In this document: one piece after another, positions 19,262 to 28,715 of the stretch
How positions within the stretch are numbered: position 1 is the first letter of the stretch
Layout of the letters: each line of letters opens with the position of its first letter
Source: Gammaproteobacteria bacterium
GTDB lineage: Bacteria; Pseudomonadota; Gammaproteobacteria; Eutrophobiales; Eutrophobiaceae
Length of the DNA stretch: 64,000 nt
Assembly: GCA_046757565.1 (NCBI GenBank)
Contig: JBHHYN010000003.1
Location: 4,009-68,008, forward strand
Reading direction: 5' to 3'
The notes under the pieces: model-generated
What the model saw: the letters and a program-made list of their open reading frames with translations, nothing else
Database searches by the model: none
What the model was told of the DNA's origin: nothing
Program-made: the position numbers and the translations under genes

Positions 19262-20692
19262 ATGTATAAATATTTTCAGCCATCGGCAACTGCGCGCATT
19301 TTAGTCGTTGGCGATGTGATACTGGATCGTTATGTGTATGGAGATACGACCCGCATTTCACCGGAAGCGCCGGTGCCGGTGGTAAAAGTCCGTTCTACCC
19401 GGGACCGGCCCGGCGGTGCAGCCAATGTCGCACTGAATATTGGAGCCCTGGGCGTGACAGTGCAATTGATAGGTATTACCGGTGAAGATGAGAATGCCGA
19501 GGTGCTGTCTGGCCAACTTAACGATGCGGGTGTCCAGAGCCGGTTCGTGCGCCAGCCGGGTTTTCCCACCATCACAAAATTACGGGTCTTGAGCCGGCAC
19601 CAGCAACTGCTGCGTCTGGATTATGAGGCGGATTCTGTCAGTGCCGATTCGAATGCACTGCAACAACTCTACATTGACGAACTGGAGCAGGCCGATGCCG
19701 TGATCCTGTCCGATTATGCAAAGGGCAGCCTGCACGCCACCAATGCATTGATAGACCTTGCAAGGAACAGCGATATCCGGGTGCTGGTTGACCCCAAGGG
19801 CGATGACTTCAGCCGTTACCGTCATGCCAGCCTGTTGACGCCGAATCTCACGGAGTTCGAGACCATTGTCGGCGCCTGCCGTAACCAGGACGACCTGGTG
19901 GAGAAAGGGAGATCGCTCTGCCAGGAACTCGCCCTGGAGGCGCTGTGTATTACCCGTGGTGAACAGGGCATGACCCTGATCGACAGGCAACAGGACAATG
20001 TCGTCCATCTCCCGGCGCAGGCCCGGGAAGTGTTCGATGTGACCGGTGCCGGCGATACCGTTATTGCCACCCTGGCCGCGGCAATGGTATCGGGATATGG
20101 CCTGGAAGAGGCACTGCTGTTTGCCAATCGGGCGGCGGGCCTGGTTGTCGAAAAACTGGGGGCTGCGCCCGTCAGCGTCCGGGAACTGAATACCTCTCCT
20201 GAAAATCCGCTGACGGCAACTTCCGCTGTTGTCGGGCGGGAGGAGTTGATCAGGGCCGTGGCGGCAGCCAGGGACAGGGGCGAGACCATTGCCATGACCA
20301 ATGGCTGTTTTGATCTGCTGCATGCCGGGCATGTGCATTATCTGACTGAGGCGGGGTGTTGTGCTGATCGTCTGATCGTTGCGGTGAATGATGATGCCTG
20401 CGTCAAACGTCTAAAAGGCAGGGGGCGGCCGATCAATCCACTGCCGCAGCGTATGGCGGTATTGGCCGGTCTGGCCGCCGTGGACTGGGTAACGGCCTTC
20501 AGTGAGGATACGCCCGAGGCACTGGTTAAACTGGTAAAACCGGATGTCCTGGTAAAGGGGGGGGACTATCGGCCGGAACAGATCGCCGGTGCGGAATACG
20601 TCAGGCAAAACGGCGGGAAAGTCGAGGTGATCCCTTTTAAAGATGATAGTTCCACCAGCAGCATTATCCGGACTATCCGTAACAGTGAATAG
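19262..20692 (+). CDS. hldE: Bifunctional D-beta-D-heptose 7-phosphate kinase / D-beta-D-heptose 1-phosphate adenylyltransferase
   Basis: 476 aa with an N-terminal ribokinase-like domain (ILVVGDVILDRYVYG) and a C-terminal cytidylyltransferase domain (NGCFDLLHAGHVHYL). Confidence 0.9.
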   Translation: MYKYFQPSATARILVVGDVILDRYVYGDTTRISPEAPVPVVKVRSTRDRPGGAANVALNIGALGVTVQLIGITGEDENAEVLSGQLNDAGVQSRFVRQPGFPTITKLRVLSRHQQLLRLDYEADSVSADSNALQQLYIDELEQADAVILSDYAKGSLHATNALIDLARNSDIRVLVDPKGDDFSRYRHASLLTPNLTEFETIVGACRNQDDLVEKGRSLCQELALEALCITRGEQGMTLIDRQQDNVVHLPAQAREVFDVTGAGDTVIATLAAAMVSGYGLEEALLFANRAAGLVVEKLGAAPVSVRELNTSPENPLTATSAVVGREELIRAVAAARDRGETIAMTNGCFDLLHAGHVHYLTEAGCCADRLIVAVNDDACVKRLKGRGRPINPLPQRMAVLAGLAAVDWVTAFSEDTPEALVKLVKPDVLVKGGDYRPEQIAGAEYVRQNGGKVEVIPFKDDSSTSSIIRTIRNSE

Positions 20693-20705
20693 ATAAGGGA
20701 TTTAA

Positions 20706-21656
20706 ATGATTGTTGTGACTGGCGGCGCAGGGTTTATTGGCAGTAATCTGCTCAGCGGCCTCAATGCCCGTGGACGTGATGACATCATGCTTGTGGATGA
20801 TTTGAGTGATGACAGGAAATTCAAAAACATCGTTGATGGCACTATTCAGGATTATGTTGACAAGGATGAATTCAGGGAAATGATAGAGGCCGACGCGAAG
20901 AATCTACCCGATATCGATATTGTTTTTCATCAGGGCGCCTGTTCGGATACCACTCTCCGCGACGGCTGTTTTATGATGGAAAATAATTACCATTATTCAA
21001 AGATACTGTTTGAATTTTGCCTGCGAAAACAGATTCCCTTTATATACGCGTCGAGTGCCGCCGTCTACGGGACCGGCAACACGTTTATTGAAAAACGGGA
21101 ATCAGAAGCGCCGCTTAATATCTATGGGTATTCCAAATTTCTGTTTGATGAATATGTCCGGCGCAAGCGGGACCCGGCTCGATCCCAGATCGCCGGACTT
21201 CGTTATTTCAACGTTTATGGACCCCGCGAACAACATAAGGGAACCATGGCCAGTATGATCTTTCAGATAAACAGGCAGTTATTGCAGGGTGACAAGGTGT
21301 CCCTGTTTGAAGGTAGTGGTGGTTATGAGGCAGGAGAGCAACGGCGGGATTTCATCCATGTTGATGATGTCGTGGCGGTGAATCTCTGGTTTATGCAGCA
21401 CCCGCATGTTTCCGGGATTTTTAATGTGGGAACAGGACGCGCACGCTCATTTAATGAGGTGGCGGGGAGCGTGATCGCCAGACACGGTCATGGCGCCATT
21501 GACTATATCCCTTTCCCCGGTTCCCTGAAGGGGCGTTATCAACATTTTACCGAGGCGGATCTATCGGCACTGCGCCGTACCGGATGTGAAATCGAATTCA
21601 TGCCGCTTGAACAGGGCGTGAACCGTTACCTGGACTGGCTGAATAACAGGGATTGA
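20706..21656 (+). CDS. hldD: ADP-L-glycero-D-manno-heptose-6-epimerase
   Basis: MIVVTGGAGFIGSN Rossmann N-terminus and the HldD/RfaD family. It directly follows hldE. Confidence 0.9.
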   Translation: MIVVTGGAGFIGSNLLSGLNARGRDDIMLVDDLSDDRKFKNIVDGTIQDYVDKDEFREMIEADAKNLPDIDIVFHQGACSDTTLRDGCFMMENNYHYSKILFEFCLRKQIPFIYASSAAVYGTGNTFIEKRESEAPLNIYGYSKFLFDEYVRRKRDPARSQIAGLRYFNVYGPREQHKGTMASMIFQINRQLLQGDKVSLFEGSGGYEAGEQRRDFIHVDDVVAVNLWFMQHPHVSGIFNVGTGRARSFNEVAGSVIARHGHGAIDYIPFPGSLKGRYQHFTEADLSALRRTGCEIEFMPLEQGVNRYLDWLNNRD

Positions 21657-21686
21657 TATCCGTTATTAGTACAACCAGGGAAAATC

Positions 21687-22985
21687 TTGAGACTCCTTTA
21701 TTCCATCGTCCTCTACCTGCTTACCCCTTTTGTTGTGGCGCGTCTGTTATGGCTCGGTTTCAGGGATCATGAATACTGGAAGGGGTGGCCGCAACGGTTC
21801 GGATTTATCACTGTTCCGGTAAGCGTCCGCCCATTGCTCTGGATCCACGCCGTTTCAGTGGGCGAGGTCCAGGCGGCCGTACCCCTGGTCCAGCGCCTCC
21901 TTGCCGGGTATTCTCACTATCAGATCCTGTTGACGACGGTCACACCGACAGGCGCCGCCATGGTCAGGCAGCGATTTGCCGGCAGGGTGCCCCACTGTTA
22001 TTTGCCCTATGATCTGCCCGGCGCCGTCAACCGTTTTCTCCGGTCGGTTTGTCCGGAAACCGTGTTCATTATGGAAACGGAGTTATGGCCGAACCTGTTT
22101 CACCAGTGTCATAAGCATGGCATACGAATATTTCTGATAAATGCCCGTATGTCGCCGCGCTCTTTCGCCGGCTATAAAAGAGCCGGTCTGCTCACCCGGC
22201 AGTTATTATCCAGGATTGACGGGATCGCGGCACAAACCGGAGAAGACAGCCAGAGGTTTATCTCTCTGGGCGCAGAGGCAAGCCGGGTGCATGTCACCGG
22301 CAACCTGAAGTGTGACGTGAATGTGCCACCGGGTATTGTGGAGCAAGCCCGGTCACTGAGACGATTCTTTTCGGTTGCACGGCCAGTCTGGATCGCCGCC
22401 AGCACTCATGAAGGCGAAGAGGCGCTGATTCTGGATGCGCATTGCACTATCCTGGAGAAGCGCCAATCATGTTTACTGATTATGGCGCCACGTCATCCGG
22501 AGCGGTTTGGCAGGGTTGCCGGACTCTCGGTGGGAAAAGGGTTCAGGACGGTATGCAAGAGTCAGGTCAGTGAGTGCGCCGCTGATGTGCAGGTTTATAT
22601 TCTGGATACCCTGGGTGAATTGCCGGTCTATTATGCAGCATCCGATGTGGCCTTCGTTGGCGGCAGCCTGGCGCCGGCATGCGGCGGTCATAATGTGCTG
22701 GAACCGGCCAGTCTCGGTATCCCTGTCATCAGCGGCGGATATACGCAAAACTTTACTGAAATAAATCGATTGTTAATGGAGCAGGGCGCTGAGTGGCAGG
22801 TGTCGGACAGCAGGGAGTTGGCAGAAAAGGTTGAACTGTTGTTGGCGGATGGGAACTTACGTCATCGAATGGGCAAGCTGGGCAAGGAGATGGTGGAGCA
22901 GAACCGGGGCAGCACGGACCTTGTTATGAAACTTATTGGGGGAAATCTGTCCGTGCACACATCGGACGGAAATTCCCCCGGTTAA
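21687..22985 (+). CDS. waaA: 3-deoxy-D-manno-octulosonic acid (Kdo) transferase
   Basis: KdtA/WaaA family motifs (WIHAVSVGEV) and a glycosyltransferase C-terminal domain. Confidence 0.85.
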   Translation: MRLLYSIVLYLLTPFVVARLLWLGFRDHEYWKGWPQRFGFITVPVSVRPLLWIHAVSVGEVQAAVPLVQRLLAGYSHYQILLTTVTPTGAAMVRQRFAGRVPHCYLPYDLPGAVNRFLRSVCPETVFIMETELWPNLFHQCHKHGIRIFLINARMSPRSFAGYKRAGLLTRQLLSRIDGIAAQTGEDSQRFISLGAEASRVHVTGNLKCDVNVPPGIVEQARSLRRFFSVARPVWIAASTHEGEEALILDAHCTILEKRQSCLLIMAPRHPERFGRVAGLSVGKGFRTVCKSQVSECAADVQVYILDTLGELPVYYAASDVAFVGGSLAPACGGHNVLEPASLGIPVISGGYTQNFTEINRLLMEQGAEWQVSDSRELAEKVELLLADGNLRHRMGKLGKEMVEQNRGSTDLVMKLIGGNLSVHTSDGNSPG

Positions 22986-23135
22986 ATGTTAAAATATCGC
23001 CATGCCGTATCATCCGGTTGCAGGGTGGTGCTTGATTGCAACTCCCGCTGCGATGCAGTTGTCCTGACGTCCACAGCGGGTTTAATATAACAGGCAAAAT
23101 TTACTGGCTGAAATGCCGGATAATGGAGACGATGT

Positions 23136-23519
23136 ATGATGAAGAGATTACGCCTTACCTTTGCACTGCTCAGTGTTGTGCCGGTTTTTTGCATGGCCAA
23201 TGATTTTCCAACCTATGATCGCGTTAATTATGTTTTATTTTGCATGGATAAGCTTGGCGGGCCGAGTTTTGAAAATCTGCATACCTGCTCATGCCGGATC
23301 GATGCCATAGCAGACAGGATGCCCTTCGCCGAGTATGATGAGGCAACGATATTCGAACGGGCCCTGCGTATGGGTGGTGAAAAGGGCGGGGTGGTGCGGG
23401 ACAATAAGCGTGCGAAATCGCTGGATAACAAGCTCGCGCAGATCAGTCAACAGGCAGACAGGCAGTGTAAGTTGATTCCGCATATAGAACACCCGCCCCT
23501 GAAAAAAATCGCAAAGTAG
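23136..23519 (+). CDS. Hypothetical secreted Cys-containing protein
   Basis: 127 aa with a signal peptide and a good SD. No family recognised. Confidence 0.5.
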   Translation: MMKRLRLTFALLSVVPVFCMANDFPTYDRVNYVLFCMDKLGGPSFENLHTCSCRIDAIADRMPFAEYDEATIFERALRMGGEKGGVVRDNKRAKSLDNKLAQISQQADRQCKLIPHIEHPPLKKIAK

Positions 23520-24329
23520 AGAACGGCACACCCTTAAAAAGCAGCGGTGATATTAAACGGGATAATAACGATCTTGCCGGCATGTTAGTCATCTCCTCTC
23601 TGTATTTAATGTGCTCCGTATCATTGCACGTTGTCTCGCCGGGTCCGGGCGGCACGCCATTATCCGCCGCTTATTCCTGCAATGACGGGCCATATGTTTT
23701 TTGTGCTCGTTGATGGCCTCTCCGGTTCCAGGGCCATTTTACAGTCATTTCTTCGGTAGTTTGTGTAACTATATGTTAATTAAAGGTTATGTTAAATATA
23801 TTAAATTCAAACCGGGAAAATTTGCCGGCGGGGATGAGGTAGGGATGAATTTCACTTGCGCCGGTAACTGAAATTTCCTAGAATCCAGTTACTTAGATAG
23901 CTGTTTTTTGAAAAATAATTAAAGAAATTCAATAAACATTAAACTACAATCAGAAGATGGACTTTAAAGATTTTTGAGAGGCGGGAATGATTGATAGAGG
24001 CTCGGCGATAAAAAAACAACAATCCTCTATGATTGCTTATCTTTGCTGTTTTCCTTTCGCTACTTCTTTGGCAGGCGACGATGTGCGCCCTGCGGCTGCA
24101 ACCTTAATAGATAGTTGATAGATAATTGCTTCAGTGAATAAGCGTGTGCAATAATGACAGGCATTCATAAATCAATCGGGATTTGTCGGGTATGGTTTTT
24201 TACTGGCAGCGTTACGACTCACAACAGGCTTTCAACTCCCTGGTATCTTTTGATCTCTAGGTATCCGGGGGTTTTTTTATTTAACGTAGAGATCAATCAC
24301 ATGATCAACTAATAATAGAGGAGGAGGTC

Positions 24330-26177
24330 ATGAGTAAATTGTCCTTGAGTAAATGGGTACTTATTGCTCTGGCCCTGGCTGTTCCTGCGTTAGCCTCCGC
24401 GAATGACGAAGTCGCGAGGCTGACGCAGAATCCGAACTACTGGGCCTACCCGGGTGGTGATTACAACAACTGGCGGTATTCAAAGCTTAACCAGATCAAC
24501 AACAGGAATGCTGGCAAGCTGGTGGCCGCCTGGACGTTCTCGACCGGCAGACTGCAGGGCCATGAAGGTGGTCCCCTGGTTTTACCGCCGAGTGCCACGG
24601 GACTGAGTACGGACACACTGTTCATCCATACGTCTTTTCCGAACGATGTGTTCGCCATCAACCTCGATACCCTGGCGCTGGAATGGGTGTATGAGCCGCA
24701 GCAGGACGCCAGCGTTCCCAGCGTCATGTGTTGCGATATCGTCAATCGTGGTCTCAGTTATGCCGATGGCAAGATCTTCCTGCAGCAGGCCGATACCGTC
24801 CTGGTAGCGATTAACGCCAAGACCGGTAAGGCCGTCTGGAAGACCAAGAACGGGGATCCCACGAAGGGCCAGACCAACACCAATGCACCACATCCGATCA
24901 AAGACTATGTCTTTACCGGTATCTCCGGTGCGGAGTTTGGCGTGCGTTGCTGGATGGCCGCCTATCGCATCAAAGATGGCAGCCTGGCCTGGAAGGCCTA
25001 CAGCATGGGTCCGGATTCCGACATCCTGTTCGACCGGCATACCACAACCATGGGTAAGAGAGTCGGCAAGAACTCCAGCTTGAAGACCTGGAAAGGCGAT
25101 CAATGGAAACTGGGCGGCGGTTCCGTCTGGGGCTGGTGGCCGTGGAACAAGAAAGAGAACCTGATGTACTACGGTTCCGGTAACCCCGGCACCTGGAACC
25201 CGGTGGTCCGTCCCGGTGACAACAGATGGTCCATGACCATGTTCGCCCGTGATGTGGATACCGGTATCGCCCGCTGGGTCTACCAGATGACGCCTCACGA
25301 CGAGTGGGACTATGATGGTGTCAACGAGATGATCCTGGCTGATCTCACTGTCAAGGGTAAGAAGCAGAACGTGGTGGTCCATTTTGACCGTAACGGTTTT
25401 GGCTACACCGTGAACAGTGCGACGGGTAAACTGCTGGTTGCTGAGAAGTTCGATCCGGCGGTCAACTGGGCCACGGGCATCGACATGAAGACCGGTAAGC
25501 CAAAACGTGTGGCGAAATACAGCACCGATAGCAACGGTGAAGACGTCGTATCCAAGGATATTTGCCCGGCAGCGTTGGGTACCAAAGACGAGCAGCCGGC
25601 GTCCTACAGCCCGCGTACCGGCCTGTTCTACGTGCCGACTAACCATGTCTGCATGACCTACGAGCCGGTCAGCTATGCGGCGGGTGGTAGCCACTATACG
25701 GCGGGTCAATGGTTTGTGAATGCCAACCTGACCATGTATCCGGCCGGTAATGTCCTGAAAGACGGCACCACCAACATGGGTAACATGATTGCCTGGGATG
25801 CCTCCAAGGGTAAGATCGTCTGGTCTATCCCCGAGCAGTGGTCCGTCTGGAGTGGCGTGCTGTCGACCGCTGGTGACGTGGTCTTCTACGGTACACTCGA
25901 CAGCTATGCCAAGGCCATCGACGCCAAGACCGGCAAGGCGCTCTGGAAGTTCAAGGTGCCTTCCGGCATTATCGGTAACTTCAACACCTGGAGCCATAAA
26001 GGCAAACAGTATGTTGGCGTGCTCTCCGGTATTGGTGGTTGGGCCGGCGCCGTGGTGGCTATCCGCGCCCTGGCGACCGCCCCCGGTGAAGCTGCGCTGG
26101 GTGCCGTCGGTGGTTACCGCGCCCTGAATAACACAGGTCGTCCGGGTGGCGTGCTGATGGTATTCAGCTTGCCGTAA
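24330..26177 (+). CDS. xoxF: PQQ-dependent methanol dehydrogenase, lanthanide-type (XoxF)
   Basis: Signal peptide, vicinal disulfide MCCDIV, W-repeat propeller, and the EWDYDGVNE motif with Asp two residues after the catalytic Asp, which is the XoxF/Ln-ligand signature, not the MxaF DYA. Confidence 0.9.
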   Translation: MSKLSLSKWVLIALALAVPALASANDEVARLTQNPNYWAYPGGDYNNWRYSKLNQINNRNAGKLVAAWTFSTGRLQGHEGGPLVLPPSATGLSTDTLFIHTSFPNDVFAINLDTLALEWVYEPQQDASVPSVMCCDIVNRGLSYADGKIFLQQADTVLVAINAKTGKAVWKTKNGDPTKGQTNTNAPHPIKDYVFTGISGAEFGVRCWMAAYRIKDGSLAWKAYSMGPDSDILFDRHTTTMGKRVGKNSSLKTWKGDQWKLGGGSVWGWWPWNKKENLMYYGSGNPGTWNPVVRPGDNRWSMTMFARDVDTGIARWVYQMTPHDEWDYDGVNEMILADLTVKGKKQNVVVHFDRNGFGYTVNSATGKLLVAEKFDPAVNWATGIDMKTGKPKRVAKYSTDSNGEDVVSKDICPAALGTKDEQPASYSPRTGLFYVPTNHVCMTYEPVSYAAGGSHYTAGQWFVNANLTMYPAGNVLKDGTTNMGNMIAWDASKGKIVWSIPEQWSVWSGVLSTAGDVVFYGTLDSYAKAIDAKTGKALWKFKVPSGIIGNFNTWSHKGKQYVGVLSGIGGWAGAVVAIRALATAPGEAALGAVGGYRALNNTGRPGGVLMVFSLP

Positions 26178-26219
26178 GACAGTACAGACACAATAAAAGC
26201 GATTTGTAGTCATTACTTC

Positions 26220-26256
26220 GTCCCCGGCATCTCATCGGATGCCGGGGATTTTTATT
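26220..26256 (+). terminator. Rho-independent terminator after xoxF
   Basis: GC stem TCCCCGGCATC..GATGCCGGGGA followed by a TTTTTATT run. Confidence 0.7.
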
Positions 26257-26488
26257 GATAACTACAAGAACTAAAAAATCCTAAATCAGTCTCAACTTGT
26301 CAGATTCCAGTGATTGACGTAATCTCGGCAGGTACTGCGGCGGAAGCAGTGGGTGATAAACACTACAGCACAGCCTGGTGTGGATAACCGCTTCAGGTCA
26401 TGATTCAGATACAGTGTGGGTTAGATATATTTACCTGGGAAAAGCTGCAACAAGCAGGCATTAATTATTTATACGGGAGAATAGACCG

Positions 26489-26920
26489 ATGATATTCAAG
26501 AGTTGTAAATCAATTTTAATTACCATTTTGCTTCTGTTTTCAACAGCTGTTTTGGCTGAAGACCATATCATTGCCGCGCAGGCTACCAGCTTCGCTCCGA
26601 AGATCCTGTTCATCCAGCCGGGTGATACCGTTCAATGGACGCGTATGTCGCCGATCCATGATGCGCAATCGATGGAAGGCCTGATACCTGAAGGCGCCAA
26701 GGGCTGGAAGTTTGCCGTCGGCGAAAACGGCAAAGTGACCCTGGATAAAGAAGGGGTTTATGTCTATAAATGTAATCCCCACTATGCCGTGGGTATGGCC
26801 GGAGCGATCATTGTTGGCAAGGCAACAAACCTGGAGCAGGTCAAGGCGAACGCCACGGGCAGAGCGAAAGGCGTGGTGATCAAGGTTGACCGGGCCCTGG
26901 CAGCCCTGGCCAATAAATAG
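26489..26920 (+). CDS. Pseudoazurin-like type-1 blue copper protein (cupredoxin)
   Basis: Signal peptide and copper ligands (His in SPIHDA; C-x2-H-x4-M in YKCNPHYAVGMAG). By recall it is similar to pseudoazurin (IPEGA, KC.PHYAMGM). Confidence 0.8.
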   Translation: MIFKSCKSILITILLLFSTAVLAEDHIIAAQATSFAPKILFIQPGDTVQWTRMSPIHDAQSMEGLIPEGAKGWKFAVGENGKVTLDKEGVYVYKCNPHYAVGMAGAIIVGKATNLEQVKANATGRAKGVVIKVDRALAALANK

Positions 26921-27030
26921 AAAAACTCATAATAGTGCCTTCAGAATTTATGTTGTTTTCTGGCCCCGTCTCGAAAATAATGGCAATCGGCAGGATCTGC
27001 CGGTTACAGGCGGTGGGGCATGAAAATCTG

Positions 27031-27906
27031 ATGTTACTACCCGGTTTGCCGGCACTTCTCTTTTTGATACTTGCACCGGTTATGGCTCAGGCGCAGCCCC
27101 CCTCCGATAACCCTATCGCCGTGTTAAAGGTGTGTGCAGATCCCTATCTGCTTCCATTTTCCAACAGGAAAAAACTGGGTTATGAGAACAGGATAGCGGA
27201 ATTATTTGCCGCCGAGTTGGGCGCAAAGTTGCAATATACCTTTTTCCCGCAACGTATGGGTTTTATCCGCAATACCTTGCGGGCGGAAGTGAGTAATGGA
27301 TCCTATAAATGTGATCTGGTGATCAGTGCCCCCGCCTATTTTGAACTTGCCGCCACCACACAGGCCTATTACAAGTCCATGTATATGATGGTTTATGTCA
27401 AAGGCAGGGGGCTTGATGAGGTGACCCGGCCGGAACTGCTTCCGGAAGTGGTGCAACGGGGGAAAAGCATCAGGTTCGGTCTTTTTGACCGCGGTCCTGA
27501 ACAGCTCTGGGTCTTTAAAAATAACTTAATGGAATATATGGTGCCTTATGTCTCTCAACCGGGCGCCCTGGATGCCAATCCCGGGATGGATATTTTACAG
27601 GATTTGGTTGACGGTAAAATCGATGTAACCATCGTATGGGGACCGGTTGCCGGGTATTTTGCCAGGCAACATAGGGGTAAGGTCGAACTGGTCATGCTGC
27701 CCTTGCAAAACGATCCGGATGACCCCCAGATGCGATTCGAGTACAAGGTTGCCATGGCGGTCCGTTACGGTGAACCTGCCTGGAAGGAACGGGTCAGCCG
27801 GTTGATTACTGACAACCAGGGAAAGATCGACACCATCCTTAAGGATTATGGTATCCCGCTGTTGCCGCTTGATACAACCAGCCCGCCTGTTCAAGATAAG
27901 GATTGA
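27031..27906 (+). CDS. xoxJ: XoxJ/MoxJ-like periplasmic binding protein (quinoprotein-dehydrogenase-associated SBP)
   Basis: MxaJ/XoxJ family SBP-like sequence with a signal peptide starting at MLLPGLPALLFLILAPVMAQA. The ORF-track start at 26935 is probably an over-extension. Confidence 0.75.
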   Translation: MLLPGLPALLFLILAPVMAQAQPPSDNPIAVLKVCADPYLLPFSNRKKLGYENRIAELFAAELGAKLQYTFFPQRMGFIRNTLRAEVSNGSYKCDLVISAPAYFELAATTQAYYKSMYMMVYVKGRGLDEVTRPELLPEVVQRGKSIRFGLFDRGPEQLWVFKNNLMEYMVPYVSQPGALDANPGMDILQDLVDGKIDVTIVWGPVAGYFARQHRGKVELVMLPLQNDPDDPQMRFEYKVAMAVRYGEPAWKERVSRLITDNQGKIDTILKDYGIPLLPLDTTSPPVQDKD

Positions 27907-27927
27907 TACATTAATTGAAATAGCGTT

Positions 27928-28698
27928 ATGCAGATAAGATATCTATTTTTAACCTTAATGCTTGCCATCGGTCCCTCCCCGGTATTGGCGGATAACAATG
28001 CCGGACCTGATAAGGAGGTTATGACGGAACATATGCCGAATGTCGGCAGATATGGCGAATCCGCTGCGGTAGACCCGGCCAAGTTCAAGTTTTCCACGGC
28101 TGAGGTGGAACTCTGGATGGAGGACCATCTTCATAATATCGACAAGCCTGCCAGGCTCTATTATGCGTTTAACAAGAGCGGCAGTTTCGAGGAGGGATTT
28201 TCGGACTCGGTCTATCTGGATATCCTGGATATAAACAAGGACGGTACAAAAAATGCCAGTCTGAAATTTATGAGTGGCGCGCGTGAACAGCACTTTGCCC
28301 ATGCCGGGAACCTGACACATATAACAGGCAATCCGGTGCTGGGTGTCTACCTGCAAGGTGATGTCAATGAAATGAACCGCCTGACAGAGGGTAGCTGGCG
28401 TTATTTTCAAAAAAGGATTAAATTGGCGCTCGCGAAAACGGCTAAGGTGGATCCGACACGCTTTGAATTCGAAGGGAAAAAGATTGAGGGGGAAGTCATC
28501 ACTCTGATTCCCTATGCCAAGGACCCGAGAAGAAGGCGTTTTGAGAAATTTGCCGACAAGCGATACGAAATTACGCTTTCAGATAGCGTGCCGGGCACCT
28601 TATACCAGATAAAAACCATAGTTCCGGATGGTAATGGCAAAGAACCACTGATTGAAGAGATCTTGACACTTCAGCATGTGGAGTTCCGGGATCGATAA
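27928..28698 (+). CDS. Hypothetical periplasmic protein encoded downstream of xoxJ
   Basis: Signal peptide and 256 aa. No recognisable family, and no heme-binding CxxCH. Confidence 0.5.
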   Translation: MQIRYLFLTLMLAIGPSPVLADNNAGPDKEVMTEHMPNVGRYGESAAVDPAKFKFSTAEVELWMEDHLHNIDKPARLYYAFNKSGSFEEGFSDSVYLDILDINKDGTKNASLKFMSGAREQHFAHAGNLTHITGNPVLGVYLQGDVNEMNRLTEGSWRYFQKRIKLALAKTAKVDPTRFEFEGKKIEGEVITLIPYAKDPRRRRFEKFADKRYEITLSDSVPGTLYQIKTIVPDGNGKEPLIEEILTLQHVEFRDR

Positions 28699-28715
28699 CG
28701 CTCCTTTTTTCCTCA

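Noticed and set aside
24150-24330. Possible sigma-54 (-24/-12) promoter elements upstream of xoxF (TGGCAG..., TGGTATCTTTTGAT)
   Set aside because: The spacing between the GG and GC dinucleotides does not fit the TGGCAC-N5-TTGC consensus in either candidate.
24582-26213. 543-codon ORF on the minus strand covering the xoxF region
   Set aside because: It is antisense to a strongly supported XoxF gene (signal peptide, CC disulfide, DYD motif). The translation is low-complexity and rich in Arg, Gly and Pro, with no family features, which is typical of GC-rich antisense frames.
27928-28698. EF-hand or lanmodulin-like lanthanide-binding loop (DINKDGTKNASL) in the unknown xox-locus protein
   Set aside because: The loop lacks the bidentate Glu at position 12 and the hydrophobic residue at position 8. 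It is a single occurrence, so it is too weak to call.
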